From: Podospora anserina
Lineage: Eukaryota
Direction: 5' to 3'
Assembly: GCA_017654855.1 (NCBI GenBank)
Contig: CM030336.1
Span: 3,472,001 to 3,536,000, forward strand
DNA: 64,000 bases
A model generated the notes under the pieces. It was not told where the DNA came from, did not search any database, and saw only the letters and a list, made by a program, of their open reading frames with translations. The position numbers and the translations under genes were made by a program. Positions 12,816-25,025 of the stretch are shown here, piece after piece; the first letter of the stretch is position 1, and each line of letters starts with the position of its first letter.

Positions 12816-14336
12816 ATGGCCCCTCCCACCACGCTCAGAGGTGCCTCGCGCGGCACACGCGGCAGATGCGGCGCTCCCAGGGGTGCCAGAGGCTCCAACG
12901 CGCGCGGTGGTGCCGTTACTGGTGGGCGTGGCGCCCGTTCCATCACACCTGTTGCTGCTCCCCGGGCCGATTCCCAGCCATCCCCCGAGCAAGCAATGAT
13001 TCCCACACCCACACGCCGCAGAGGTCCCAAGGTCCCTGAGCCCATGGGCAAGCCTTGGGCTGTCAGCTCCATGGCTTGGAGAACTGATGAAGGTTCACTC
13101 AAGCAAGTCACCCCCCTTTATTTCTACGTTTCGTTTCAAATTACTGATTGTTTTGAACAGGAAGCTCGAGACAGGCGAGTTCTCTGACGCGACCATCTTG
13201 GCTGACGGGAGAACCTGGAGAGTTCATCGAATGCTCCTCAGCACCCGATCCCGCTGGTTTGCGGAGGCGTTTGAGAAGCAGAGTGCGGGGGAGGATGAAG
13301 GGGAGCCGGAGATTAACCTGAGGGAGTTGAAGACTGAGTTTGTGGATATGCTGCTGCGGACACTTTATTCCAACCGTGAGTTCTTACCTGACAAACCACG
13401 GGAAATGTGTGGTGTCTAACAGTGAATCAAACAGGCTTGCCCGACCAGTACCTCAACATCCGCGGCGCAAATGCCACATTTTCAACCTATATCAAAATCT
13501 TCAACCTCGCCGATCAGTTCGGCGTCGAGACCATGTGCAACGACGCCCTGACACTCCTAGGCCAACTCGCCGACCGGCACCTCGAGGACCTCTGCACCTT
13601 TGACAAAGTCCAATCCGGCCGCGAGGGCGTGCCAGAGCCAAAGCCGGCGTTTCCGTATCACAATCTCGGTATTGCTATCCTCGAAGCCTTTAGTGAGGAG
13701 CGCACCGTCACCGATAAACGCGCGCAGTATCTGCTTGCCAACTTTCTCTACGCCGGCCGTGCGGTGCTGCTAGAGAACCAAGTCCTCAGGGACATTGTCG
13801 ACCGCAACGTCCATCTCGCTGCCGCGATGTGGCACACCAGTCAGGGGCGGAATCTAGCCGGTTGGCTGCCCAACCCTGAGGTGATCTCCCACCGTCTGCG
13901 CGCGTTTGATCACTCGAGAAAGACGCAGCATCCTGATCGATGCGAGCTTTGTGATGATGTTTTTGATTATGGGGCTCACAAGAGGGTCATGTTTGATCCG
14001 TACAAGGTTGTGCTTAGGCCGGCGGGTTACTGCGGAGTTTGTGTCGAGAAGTATAAGGATGACCCGGGGTGTTTGTTTCGGAGGCGGGGAAAGATGGATA
14101 AGCTGGGGGAGAGGGGGTTGTTGCCGGTTATCAAGGCTGAGGTGTTGCATGAAGGGGAGGATAATATAGCGGGGATTCCGGAGATGGAGAGTGAGAGGGA
14201 GGCGAGTGCTGGGTTAGGGTTGCAGGGGCCGACGATGAGTACGCCCGCTCCGGTGCAGGTGTTGTCGGATGGGGAGTTGCTGCCGCCTCCTCCGGTGCCG
14301 GTTAAGAAGGGGGTGAAGAGGGCGAGAGAGGAGTAA
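12816..14336 (+). CDS. BTB/POZ-domain protein (3 exons; introns 13103-13160 GC-AG and 13376-13434)
   Basis: LETGEFSDATILADGRTWRVHRMLLSTRSRWF..INLRE..VDMLLRTLYS is a typical fungal BTB domain. RG-rich N-terminus and C-terminal CxxC..CxxC. Confidence 0.8.
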
Positions 14337-14349
14337 AAGGGATAGGGAG

Positions 14350-14652
14350 AGGCGTAGGGAGGAAATGGGAAGGCCTTGCGGTGATTATATGAGGCATATG
14401 AAGGGGCTTTTATAAGGCTTGATACGCCAGAGGTAGGCGTTGACCTTTATTTTTAAGGCATTTAAAGTTATTTGGGAGGCGTTATTATTTATTTAATAGG
14501 TGTTGATTTATCATTTTGATGCGTTGGGTTGTATTTTATGGGGCATCTATACATTTTTTTGACGCATTATTATTTGTTTTATAGGCGTTGATTTATCATT
14601 TTGAGGCCTTATTTCCTAGTGCTTACGCATTTTTTGCATCTTCTGAGCGGTG
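14350..14652. repeat. Degenerate tandem array, 21-bp period, core AGG(C/T)(G/C/A)T, ~15 units; inverted relative to 12461-12802
   Basis: Cores at about 14350, 14371, 14392, 14415, 14435, 14456, 14477, 14498, 14519, 14541, 14562, 14583, 14604, 14625 and 14646. ATAGG(T/C)GTTGATTTATCATTTTGA occurs twice. Confidence 0.8.
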
Positions 14653-15196
14653 CAGATAGTTATTATTTTGGTTAATGCGTTGGTTTTAGATACCTGCTAC
14701 CCTGAGTGCTGAGTGAAAGTCGTCTGTTGACAATGACGATCTGGTTTGTCCACCGAACTTGGGTGAAAGGTGAGAGATATCAACAGTCAATGACGTAGAA
14801 TCGGGTGATGAAGGATGCGAAATTTGGAGGGGTACTGTCCAGAGAAAGAGAGGTACGATGGTGCAAGGCAGACTGACTTGATGTCTGATAGGTTTTGAGG
14901 GGTATGATTTAGCTGATTGGTTATCAACGAGGGCGATGCCCGCGATCTGGGGGCTGGGCACTCGGACTATGGTAGTCGGGGGCCGCAAATCTCTCAACAT
15001 GGGGGAAAGAATGAGCGATCATTGGCTTTCAGGGAACTGTATACCTACAGTTTTAATCTATTCGGCTACTGCGCCATGCGATGGTCACCCTACTCTATTT
15101 CCTTAAGACGACTGAAAGGAATAGACATTTTCCCCATGACCTCAGTCACCATAGCACTTCAGAATGTTTCATCTGTTTGTTCTCTTCTATACCACC

Positions 15197-17011
15197 ATGG
15201 CGGGCATCGCGAATCCCAACTCGAGAAGATATGTCAGCCAAGTTGGCATCCTATCACTGGAATCACTTTTTCTGGGGAGTGTGATTCTGTTCTTTGTTGC
15301 GTCAAACACGCCCTGGTCTTGGGACCATCCGATGATCTTCAAAACGGGCTCTCATCTCCCTGTTCAATTCTGGCTGGCTGTTTTGGGTGTAGGGTTCAGC
15401 CTGCTCGCATTTGGACTGTCCGAGTCATATGTTCACTTGTTTGACGTGTGGTGCACATGGAAAGCTGGCAGCGATTCTGGACTCGACTACGCGAGATATC
15501 TCAACACCCAACCAAGAGCTCCAGTAGTTGTTGGCTTTCGCGGATTTCGGCCATTCGTCATGGTGCGGTACCTGATTATCTTGCTCGGCATCGCTGGCTC
15601 GATCGGCTACAAGTTCGCGATTGTTCAGATAACAGAGATGAGTCTAGAATTGGACGAAACAGCGGTGACGGTCCATTTGCCATCGGCGGAGCCAATCGAC
15701 CTAGCAACCGGCGCAACAAGCACCTGGCTACGTGACGGCCCTACTGCGCAAGCCAATCGAGCCTTTCGACACTTCAGCAGTGTGGACGGTCATCATACGG
15801 ACATCGCTGTGGACGCTATGGACCGAATGCAACCACCTGGGGTTATTTTCATGTTCGGCGAAGGACTATGCTCCGACACATTTCACAAATTTGACGAGGG
15901 GATTCTCACGACTTTGGAACTGGTTGTGGTGGCAAACTTGGAGGTTGAACGTCGAGACCCCAACGACTTTGTTGAGCTGGTTCCAGGAGGATGGACTCGC
16001 GTTGCAAGAAGGGCGGCCGGATGGCTGGAAGGAAGCTCGGATGGGTTGATCATTGATTACAGGCACGAAGAGAACGGCACACTTAACATACGCTGGGCTG
16101 AGATACCCGAGTGGGCAGATGAAGAGCGCGGGACGTTCATAACAAGGCAACCGATAAACAGGGGCATTAGCTATACCATTGGCCTGACCCTGGCAGAAGT
16201 GTCTCGAGTTGTTGCCTCAAAGGACTGTGGGGAGTTGAAAGAAGTCTGGCCAGTGGACTCCTTGATATCAACCATCCCTCTTGGACCCCCTGCAACGCAG
16301 AATAACCAACTCCTCAACACGCTACTCAAAGACCCCAAAATATCCATTTTGGATGGCGTGGGGCTGATTGTTCGCAACTCCATGACCACCTGGGGCCACG
16401 CCATTCACGCTTCAGAGCGACCAAACTACACTCCAGGCCATGCGCCTGTCCCTTCAGAACGCTCACGATGGGATCTCGTTCCACTCGCATCCGAAAAACA
16501 TAAGGGAAATCACGGCGGTAAATACTTCAAAAAGCATGGCCGCCCCGGAGCCGTGTATCTCGAGTCAAACGTCACGTTTCCACGCGACTTTGGTGACCCG
16601 AGAGTAGCCCAGGCATATTCGTGGATGTTTTTACCGCAAGACCAGAACCATCCGGTCAGCTATCCGTATTACGAAGGAACCAGTGTCCAGAATGCCGGTG
16701 TGGGGGGTTACTCTCAGGCAGCCGTCATCTTCATTATTCTTGGCGTGATTGGGTGCTCGCTTATTCTTGTCAGACTGTACCTTGGACCGGCAGGAATAAC
16801 GTCCTGGATGGGCCAGCATGTATATTTGGCGTTGGAAGGCAGGATCCAGAGAGATGGTTCGGAGATATTGGCGTGCGGGCATCAGGTTGCGCAAGATCTT
16901 GGAACGGTCAGGATTGAGAAGCATTCCCGGATAATGAATGAAGACGAAAGGAACACGGCAGAGAGAGTTGAGTCCAGGAGCTCGACCGGGCTGTGGATCA
17001 AGGGAGTTTGA
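15197..17011 (+). CDS. Hypothetical membrane protein (~600 aa; 3 N-terminal TM segments, large loop, 1 C-terminal TM)
   Basis: Long uninterrupted ORF with ACCATGG start context and hydrophobic segments. No family recognised. Confidence 0.65.
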   Translation: MAGIANPNSRRYVSQVGILSLESLFLGSVILFFVASNTPWSWDHPMIFKTGSHLPVQFWLAVLGVGFSLLAFGLSESYVHLFDVWCTWKAGSDSGLDYARYLNTQPRAPVVVGFRGFRPFVMVRYLIILLGIAGSIGYKFAIVQITEMSLELDETAVTVHLPSAEPIDLATGATSTWLRDGPTAQANRAFRHFSSVDGHHTDIAVDAMDRMQPPGVIFMFGEGLCSDTFHKFDEGILTTLELVVVANLEVERRDPNDFVELVPGGWTRVARRAAGWLEGSSDGLIIDYRHEENGTLNIRWAEIPEWADEERGTFITRQPINRGISYTIGLTLAEVSRVVASKDCGELKEVWPVDSLISTIPLGPPATQNNQLLNTLLKDPKISILDGVGLIVRNSMTTWGHAIHASERPNYTPGHAPVPSERSRWDLVPLASEKHKGNHGGKYFKKHGRPGAVYLESNVTFPRDFGDPRVAQAYSWMFLPQDQNHPVSYPYYEGTSVQNAGVGGYSQAAVIFIILGVIGCSLILVRLYLGPAGITSWMGQHVYLALEGRIQRDGSEILACGHQVAQDLGTVRIEKHSRIMNEDERNTAERVESRSSTGLWIKGV

Positions 17012-18258
17012 GAATGTATATGTGACGGTATGTAGGGCACCTGACAAAGGGCCCAGGTTTTCACCAGACCAACACCTGGTTGCTTTTAAGGCCGGATTTC
17101 CTATTTGTTTACTTTTAGACTGAACAACCAACAACCAATATTGTAATACCAATTATCAACCAATTTCTGGCCTTTTGGTCTCTCTTTTCGCGGCCAGTGA
17201 CTTTCCTAGGCCACTAGCCCAACACGGTATGCTCTTCAGGGAGAGTGAGAGATGCTGAGGTCCGTGAGGGTGACACAGGTGTTCAGCTTGAAAAGGTTTT
17301 GGGTTATTCCCCACCCCATTTGGATTCAGACCGAAGAAGGAAAACGTTGAACAGTTGAGATATAAGCCCTACCGTGCTTATATCGGCAGATTCTGGCGGC
17401 TGGCGACGTCGGGTTGTGAGCGAATGAGGGATATGATCGATGGCAAGGAAGTGTGGATTGAGCATGAAAATCTTGACAAAATTCCAGATCCTACATGCTG
17501 TCGAACAATGGCTGATGCTCAGAGTGTTTCCGCTGAAAGACGCATCCGCGGCAAAAGATTTCCAGGAGGAATAGCGTTTCAGATAACCATTTTGGGAAGC
17601 GTACATGATCATAGATGCCTGGTGTTCAGACCCCTGCTTCATCCTCCGCCAGCTCACAAGTTCGCCCGGATATGATCCGGGAAACCTCCCAACCGGAAGG
17701 AGGCTGAAGCCAACCTTTTTATACTCACGCTCGGTCTGGATCTCCTGCAGAGCACCGCCATCATCGCTCCAGAGTTTGTGTGACTTGGCAAAGCGGCCTT
17801 TCAGTCCTGGTTCAAGCTGCGAAGCCACTGCCAGCTTCTTTGTTAGGCGCGCGGATGCATGCGCCGCGATAACGGGGACTTGATCCTTCGCGCCTTGGCC
17901 CCTTATACCCTTGCCTTACGCTGCGCCGTAGTCGCCCGCTGCTGCTTATTTCGGATTCCACACCACGAACCACCAATGCTACTCCAAGCTGACCAGAAAA
18001 CAGGGCCCAGGAGGGCGATCCCAGCCGCGACACTGAATGCGAGCTAGCTGTGAGATTGCCTGTCCCAGCTCCCACACCCCATTGGTTCTTAGATCCTGTT
18101 GCAACATGCTGCAGGGGCACTTCATGTCAAACCCGCCGCATACCGGGATACACAGTGTCTCTTTTAACCCCACGACCAGCGCTTGCCGTGGCTCGTCGCT
18201 CTCCGGTTTCTCTTTTCCCTCTTGATGCAGTCTTGACAGGTGCAACACCAACGGAACA

Positions 18259-19337
18259 ATGCGGGTAGAGGCTCTCTTGGTATGTGCCGCCCTCTTTGGC
18301 GGTACCACTGTGCTGGGCCAAGTAACACCACAAGCGAACATCAAGTTCATTACTCCACCGAATATCCAAGAAGGCGAACATGATATGAGGGATAATCCGG
18401 TTCATGAAGAAGGCAGTCTGCTTCCAATCACCTGGTCACCAGCACCCGAGGGAACGAGAATCAGTCTGACCCTCTTTCAACACAACACCACCGACGGCGG
18501 GTCTATTGGCGACTTTGAATACATCACACGTATGTCTCATTCCCTTTCTTTCATGGCCCATCAACTGACCATGTCTTGACAGAGGGCACTGTCGGGATTA
18601 CACGGCACCCATGGATCGTGGCCACAACCAAAGACCTGAAGGACTCGGACGTCTTCAGAATCATCTTGTTCATCGAGGGAGAAACAGGAGGCCACACCGG
18701 CACCGAGTTCTTCAACATCACCCGAAAGAAAACCACAACAACAACAACAACAACCACATCCACCACCACCCTGCCCACGTCCATCGACAAAGACGACGAA
18801 TCCAACAGCTCCTCCACATCCGCCAAATCAACCCCAACCGACACAGAAAACAGCAATAACTCCGCCCAAACAACCAACCGCTCAGAAGACATCACATCCT
18901 CCTCCTCCGGGCTCTCTACCGGCGCCGCAGCAGGAATCGGCATCGGCGCAACCGGTGCCGTGATCCTCCTCGCAGGAGCAGCATTCTACTTCTTCTTCTT
19001 CAAACCCCGCCAAGAAAAGAAACAAGCCGCTCTTCTCGCCGCGAGCGGTGTTGGTGGTGCAGGGTTCCCATCACCAGGAGTGACACCGCATCAGCATTAC
19101 TCCCAGGTGCCGAGCCAGCCTGGGCCGCCGTCGATGTACTCGGGTTATGCGGGGATTCCACCGTCTGTGTCGCCTGGTCCGCCGGGGATGACGGAGTACA
19201 AGCCGCCGAATTATTACGGGGGGCAAATACCGCCGCAGCCGCCAAGTGAGATGAGTGGTGATTGGAGGGGGCAGCCGCATGAGATGGCGGCGGGGCAGAT
19301 GGCGAGTTATGAGTTGCCGGGGCATCAGCAGAGGTAA
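18259..19337 (+). CDS. Single-pass cell-surface protein, Ser/Thr-rich (Mid2-like architecture), intron 18530-18582
   Basis: Signal peptide MRVEALLVCAALFGG, poly-Thr/Ser stalk, GLSTGAAAGIGIG TM helix, P-rich tail ending YELPG. Confidence 0.8.
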
Positions 19338-19715
19338 TGGGAGGGTGGGTAGACGATGAGTAATGGGCATGGAAGAGGAGTTTAGATGGTTGATATTGAG
19401 CCGGAATGGAAAATAAATAGGGCGGTTGATACCTGGGGGTTTTGGTAACTGTATTCATGGAGGAAAATAAGGGCTGTATTATATTACGTTGAGGGACATG
19501 CTTTCTTCGTTTTGTTCATGTTCGGGCTTTCGTCTTACTCTGGTGTGCAGCCGAGCATTTAAACGTCCGACATTCTTGTCTATACAAACCTTCTGTCGTG
19601 TCTTTCTGGTTCTTGGATGCCTGATCAGTGATCCAAACACCCCTCGACCGAATTTCACTTACCAGCTTTACCACGTTGCAGTTTCATCCCCACACGACGA
19701 CGTATTTGCGCCAAA

Positions 19716-21481
19716 ATACGACTGCTACGAACCGACAAAATTGAGCTTGTGGAAATATACGGCAGCGATGTTGAACCATACGCCATCCTCTCCCACACCT
19801 GAGACAAGGAGGAGGTGTTATTCCAGGATATACAACATCCTGAACTCGCAACCTGGAACTGGAGTACATGTCCTGACACTTGCGAAAATCTCACCCCCGC
19901 TGCTCACTCGTGTTTCGGGAAGAAAGGCTTTTACAAGGTCCGAGAAGCAACCCTCCTCGTCAGAAAGCACGGATTCAACTTCATCTGGATCGACACATGT
20001 TGCATAGACAAGAGTAGCAGCACGGAGCTTTCTAAAGCCATCAGCTCCATGTATCAATGGTACAAAGATGCGCAAGTCTGTTATGCGTTTCTCGCTGGTG
20101 TCGGGTCAGAGGCTGAGGAGGACCCATCTGAAGAGACGTCGACTTTTCAGGGAAGCCGGTGGTTTACGCGGGGCTGGACATTGCAAGAGCTGATTGCCCC
20201 CCGTCAAATTGAGTTCTACGGATATGACTGGAGTCACCTAGGAGATAAATCACCTGGTTCGGGATTTATGGATCTTGTTGCCAATGTTACACACGTTCAA
20301 GTCAGTGTATTGGTAGGGAAACGGCCCCAAACAGCATATGTCTCGGTAAATAAGATCCCCATGTTAATTCTGGTGAGACAGGTGAAGGCTGACAGCTCAC
20401 CCGTCCAACAGCTTCACGCATGCGTTGGGCCGCAGGTCGACAGACTACGCGAGTTGAGGATATCGCCTACTGCCTGCTCGGGCTTTTCGACGTGAACATG
20501 ACACCCCAGTATGGAGAGGGAAAGAAAGCCTTTATTCGTCTCCAGAAAGAGATTCTCAGTCAAGATGACGACCAAGCACTATTCGCCTGGCACGTCAACA
20601 AGAATGACGTTGGCTCGCCTGAGACTCTTTTCGGCCTTCTGGCCGATTGTCCGGATAGATTCCTTGAAATTGGAAGCACCGAACTTGTCACACCAAAATC
20701 TATAGGAGGTCAACCAGTCACCGTCACACCCAGAGCTATCAACATTGAGTTGTTTCTCATTCCGTGCCACGACAAGGGGCGTGCAGATTTCCTCGCCATT
20801 CTCGATTGCGAAATTACCAAGACTGAATCACGTCAAGCACCTGCGGTATATTTGAAGCGACATTGGGGCACCGGAGATCAATATTCCAAGGTTCTTCCCT
20901 CAGAGCATGTTTATGTCCGAAGACAAAACTCGCTTGAGGGAGGCGCCTCATGGCAGCGGATTTTCGTAAAGGCGGAACCAAGATCAAAAGCCGCTATTCT
21001 GAGAATAGTACCCTCCAAGGACAACTCGGGACTCAGAAGCCATGATGAGGGGACCGCCTGCGAATGGGAGGTGATAGAAGCAAAACCTGCAATCTGCTGG
21101 GGTGAGCAAGCTGGGACATTTGAAGTGGAGACCTGCAAAGTTCGTTTCGGGGAACCAATTGGTTTTTTCAAAATCAACATCATCTTGAAAGAAGGCCTTG
21201 TTTTCGTCGAGGTGGCAGTTAGCTTGAAGTTCAATAGTGAACGCTCATGTCGAAGCCGGTGCCAAGTAATCTCTGTGTCCCAGCATTTTCTGGACCTGCA
21301 AGACGGCAAGCACCACGGCTTTATACAGCTTTCAGCGAATATGAGAGACTACCACAGCAGCGAGTTTAACAATGCGTTGTCGCATGATCGTGTGGGAGAC
21401 AAAATACCAGTGTTCATACAACTGACGGAGCATCACCATGGTCAAAGTGAGACTGTTTCACTTCATGTACTCTGTCGATAA
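19716..21481 (+). pseudogene. HET-domain gene with lost start codon and premature stop
   Basis: The frame reads (ATA)RLLRT..PYAILSHT*DKEEVLFQD..IWIDTCCIDKSSSTELS..SMYQWY..SRWFTRGWTLQELIAP, then MRWAAGRQTTRVEDIAYCLLGLFDVNM in another frame. ATA at 19716 stands where ATG is expected and TGA at 19800 where Trp is expected. Confidence 0.85.
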
Positions 21482-22353
21482 GATTATCGCTTCGGAAAAG
21501 CGGCATCCAACAGGAAGCTGGCCAAGTGGCTCTGAAGAATCTGCTGGGAACTGGTGCTGTCATATTACAGACAATGGCGACAATTGAGTCAGAACCACTA
21601 TCACATTTGTTAAAAGTGCAGCACAAGTCACTCGTTCAGAATTGCGAAAAGCGGTTTCGAGACCTCTACGAAAGCCTTTTGTTAAACATATGCCCAATGC
21701 ATACAGTCATGCTTATGATGGGAAATCTTTCTGGGCCGAAATATGTGTGCACAATAAGCCCAGATTGGCCTTCGCAATTTCCGTTGAGCTTGCTACACAC
21801 CCTCCCTACCCTAGAAAGAACCTTTTTGGGGCTTAATGGCACCTTACGAACAGCCAAACAAATCGTGGATGCAACGGTGGCTGTCTCGATGATAGGATAC
21901 GTCTTAGGAACGGGAGACCTCCAAGGAGCGGGAGACCACCCAAAAAGTCAAATCAAACCTGGACAAAATCCATATCTTCTAGTGAGTGTGTATTAGAAGT
22001 CTTCATATCCTCGCCATGCTGAGCAAGGTACCTAACTTTACCTAGCCATGTGGGTATCATGATCTCTATTTGTATATTTCCTGGCCCCTACATTGTAAAA
22101 TGGCTAGCAATATCTCTAATATACTAGATGTACACGCTCAAAACTGCCAGCGTGATAATTTCTCTCAATGACGACGGAAGTTGGAAAAGTCCGGTCCTCA
22201 GCCAAACCTGTTCTGTGGTTCTTAAACGCGTGGAAGAGCTTATTTCGAATATCGATTTCATCATCGCAAATACACTCTCAATGAAGGGGAAATGGGATCC
22301 ACACCCTAATTAATTGGGTAGATTTGCGATGAAAATAAACCTACCTACACAGA

Positions 22354-24630
22354 CATGACATTGGCAACTGGTAGCCTTCCCGCTCGGCTGGCAACGACGA
22401 TGACACCTTTGTAAGCCACCACGCTCGTGCGACTCCTGTCAGCTCTACTTTGAGCAGGTTGAAGGGAAAAGCCGGATGCTAAAGTTGGACGATGTCATCA
22501 GTGAGGAAATTTTCAGTCATGTGGCAGTCGTCTGCTGTCAAGGTCCACATGCCACAGCAGGGTGCAACAAAGTCGCGACACACATCATAAGCATGCTAGA
22601 GGATGGGGTGTCTCAGAAGCTTCGCTCAGGTCCCTATTTCCTTCACGGTTCAGGGCACATTTCCAAGGTGTACCGACTGTACCAGGATACTCATCAGGCG
22701 TTTATGTTTGGTGTCACGCGAGACACAAAGTCGACGTCACCGAGGTAAGAACCGCTGTTATCGACTCTCTCCACGTAGTGTTCCCGATCTTTTATTGACG
22801 AGGTACCACAGACAGATTCCAAGAGTACCACGGAAGCCTTATCCCAGTTCCCTCCCGACTCTACTTCGACTCCCCTACTAAGCAGTCGCCCTACGAGGAA
22901 CGCGAGTCACTGTCAAGGATGTCTATCACCTCGCCGGTTCCCCCACGAGTGTCTCCTGCCGTGACTATCGAGCCTTCATGGGAATCAAGGATGAAACATC
23001 AGAAATGGTTCTTCGGCTGATCAACGCAGGAGCGGTCGTTGTCGGCAAGACCAAGACAGCGCAGTTTGCATCTGGGAAGCGTGCTGGAGATTGGTCGACT
23101 ATCCTTGCCCTTTCAACCCTCGTGGCGATGGGTACCTGGCTCCAGACGGGAGCAGCACGGGGAGCGCAGCGGCTGTAGCGGGATATTCGTGGCTGGATTA
23201 CTCTATTGGTACAGACAGCAAGGATGTTCTTTGCCACGTTGCTCCTGGTGTTATCATCTTTAACTTCAGTAGCACTTGGAAGCATGGTGTGCCCGGCAGC
23301 AAGCCGGGGAATCTTTGGCATCAGACCAACACACGGAATATCAGATCTAAGTGGCATTGTTCCCGTTTCAGGGTATGACTGTTATTGACCGTACGAGTGG
23401 CTTGATGGTAGATGCTGATGTTACCAGGCACCTGGATACAGCAGGCTTCTTTTCCAGGTCCATCACCGAGTTCAGGGTCTTCGCGAAAGCTTGATATACC
23501 AATCACTTGGATATACAAGTCAGTGATGGCAGCACCGAAAATTACATCATGGTGTCAAGTTTAGGTTCGTTAATTTTTCGGTGGTGATAGCCTACTCGCT
23601 TGCTCTGTCCTCTTGAGCATTTCGACGAATTCCCCGACGACTCGAAGCTCAAGCTGGAGGCATTTATTCAAGATATCGACAAGGTTACGGGACAGGCCAG
23701 AATTGCTTCTGATGTGTCTGGGCGCTGGACTGAGAAGGTGGGGATGCCGAATAATACGCCACTCTGCGATTTTGTTGCCACGGTATGCTTCTCCCTTGAA
23801 CAACTTCGTCATTTTTACGAAGCGACCAGTAATTGGAGTTATTTTGCTAGGCTTCTGGAGGTCATCCACTGACATGATGAAACAGACATTGGCCCACATC
23901 CATCTTTTTGACTCTTACCACAACGATCTGCCCTTCCGAGAAGCGATCAAGAAAAGGCATGACAGAGAGCCGTATGCCAACCCAATGGTCAGGTTCAAGT
24001 GGTGAGTGCATGTTTTGAATCCACATGACTCCCAGGAAGATAATTAGAAAGGCCAGGGTCAATGCTCACCACAGGTCTGCGTCTAGGAATCTCGGTTCCA
24101 AGCTCACGGATGAGCAATACCAAACTACGCGCCAAGAGCAAGAAATCTACCGCAAGTCCTCCACCAACATATCTTTGACAACAACACCATCCTCGTTCTC
24201 CCCGCCGGAGATCCCGAGCCCCTCTACAGAAATGCATACTCTGGACCCCCCGAGAAAAGCGGCTATTTTCTTGCAGAGACCTGTACTCCTTCTTAGGAGA
24301 ACTCCCGCAGGTGGTTGTGCCGAGTAAGTTATATGTCCATCCACCATTCACCCAAGTTCTCATTTTGACCTGATTTGTAGTTGGCAGTGTATCACGCATC
24401 TCTCCTGTCACAAATGCGCGTGTAGAGGTCCCTTCGTCTATTTCCATTGTTGGCCGGGATGGTAGGCTAAATCATGGCCCCTTTTGCTGACAGAAAGATC
24501 TGCTAACCGAGCTAGGATCTGATGCTGTTATTATAGAGTTTGTGGAAAAGGTCTTGGTCAACAGTCACCGGCTCTTGGAGGCATCGGCTGAGCCAGTATC
24601 ATTTCCAGGTCTCAAGAATGAACGGGCTGA
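22354..24630 (+). pseudogene. Amidase-signature family gene, disrupted
   Basis: [63 protein letters not shown] and [10 protein letters not shown] are spread over several frames, with a frameshift near 23070 and in-frame stops. Ends are approximate. Confidence 0.7.
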
Positions 24631-25025
24631 TTAAAGTGGATAGTGAATTATGTCTTTTTATCCCAACACCATCAGTTAGCTTATCACAATACATATAGAG
24701 ATAGTTCATAGGCCTTGACTATCTAAGTTAGGCTTTAGAGGTTAGTCAAGATGCGTTTCGAATGCATTCTGAGGCCTTGACATTCATTCGAAGTCACTTT
24801 CCTTTCTTTATAGAACGTGTGTGCTTGGTGCCTGCAGCTACTAATAATTCTTCTGCTATTTATGAGCTCTTAGCAGCAGTGTTTAGTAAGCACGTTATAA
24901 TGCCTGTGGTTTAAAGGTGCCGAAAGCATGGCAAAATAGCTGTACGGAAGAATGAGAATGACAGGGTGAACAACTGAATAGGTGTGGTGTGTTAGGTATA
25001 TCGCGAAACTGTGGTCTTATGGATT

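Noticed and set aside
17304-17828. Possible remnant with Cys clusters (FCRGC..., CSTAC, EFCQDFH) on the minus strand
   Set aside because: Might be a decayed ZZ-type zinc finger, but the pieces lie in different frames and are too short to support a call.
18733-18770. (ACA)n/(CCA)n microsatellite
   Set aside because: Encodes the poly-Thr stalk of the Mid2-like protein; ordinary.
21526-22313. ORFs between the HET and amidase pseudogenes
   Set aside because: No family recognised; could be a decayed 3' extension of the HET gene, but this cannot be supported.
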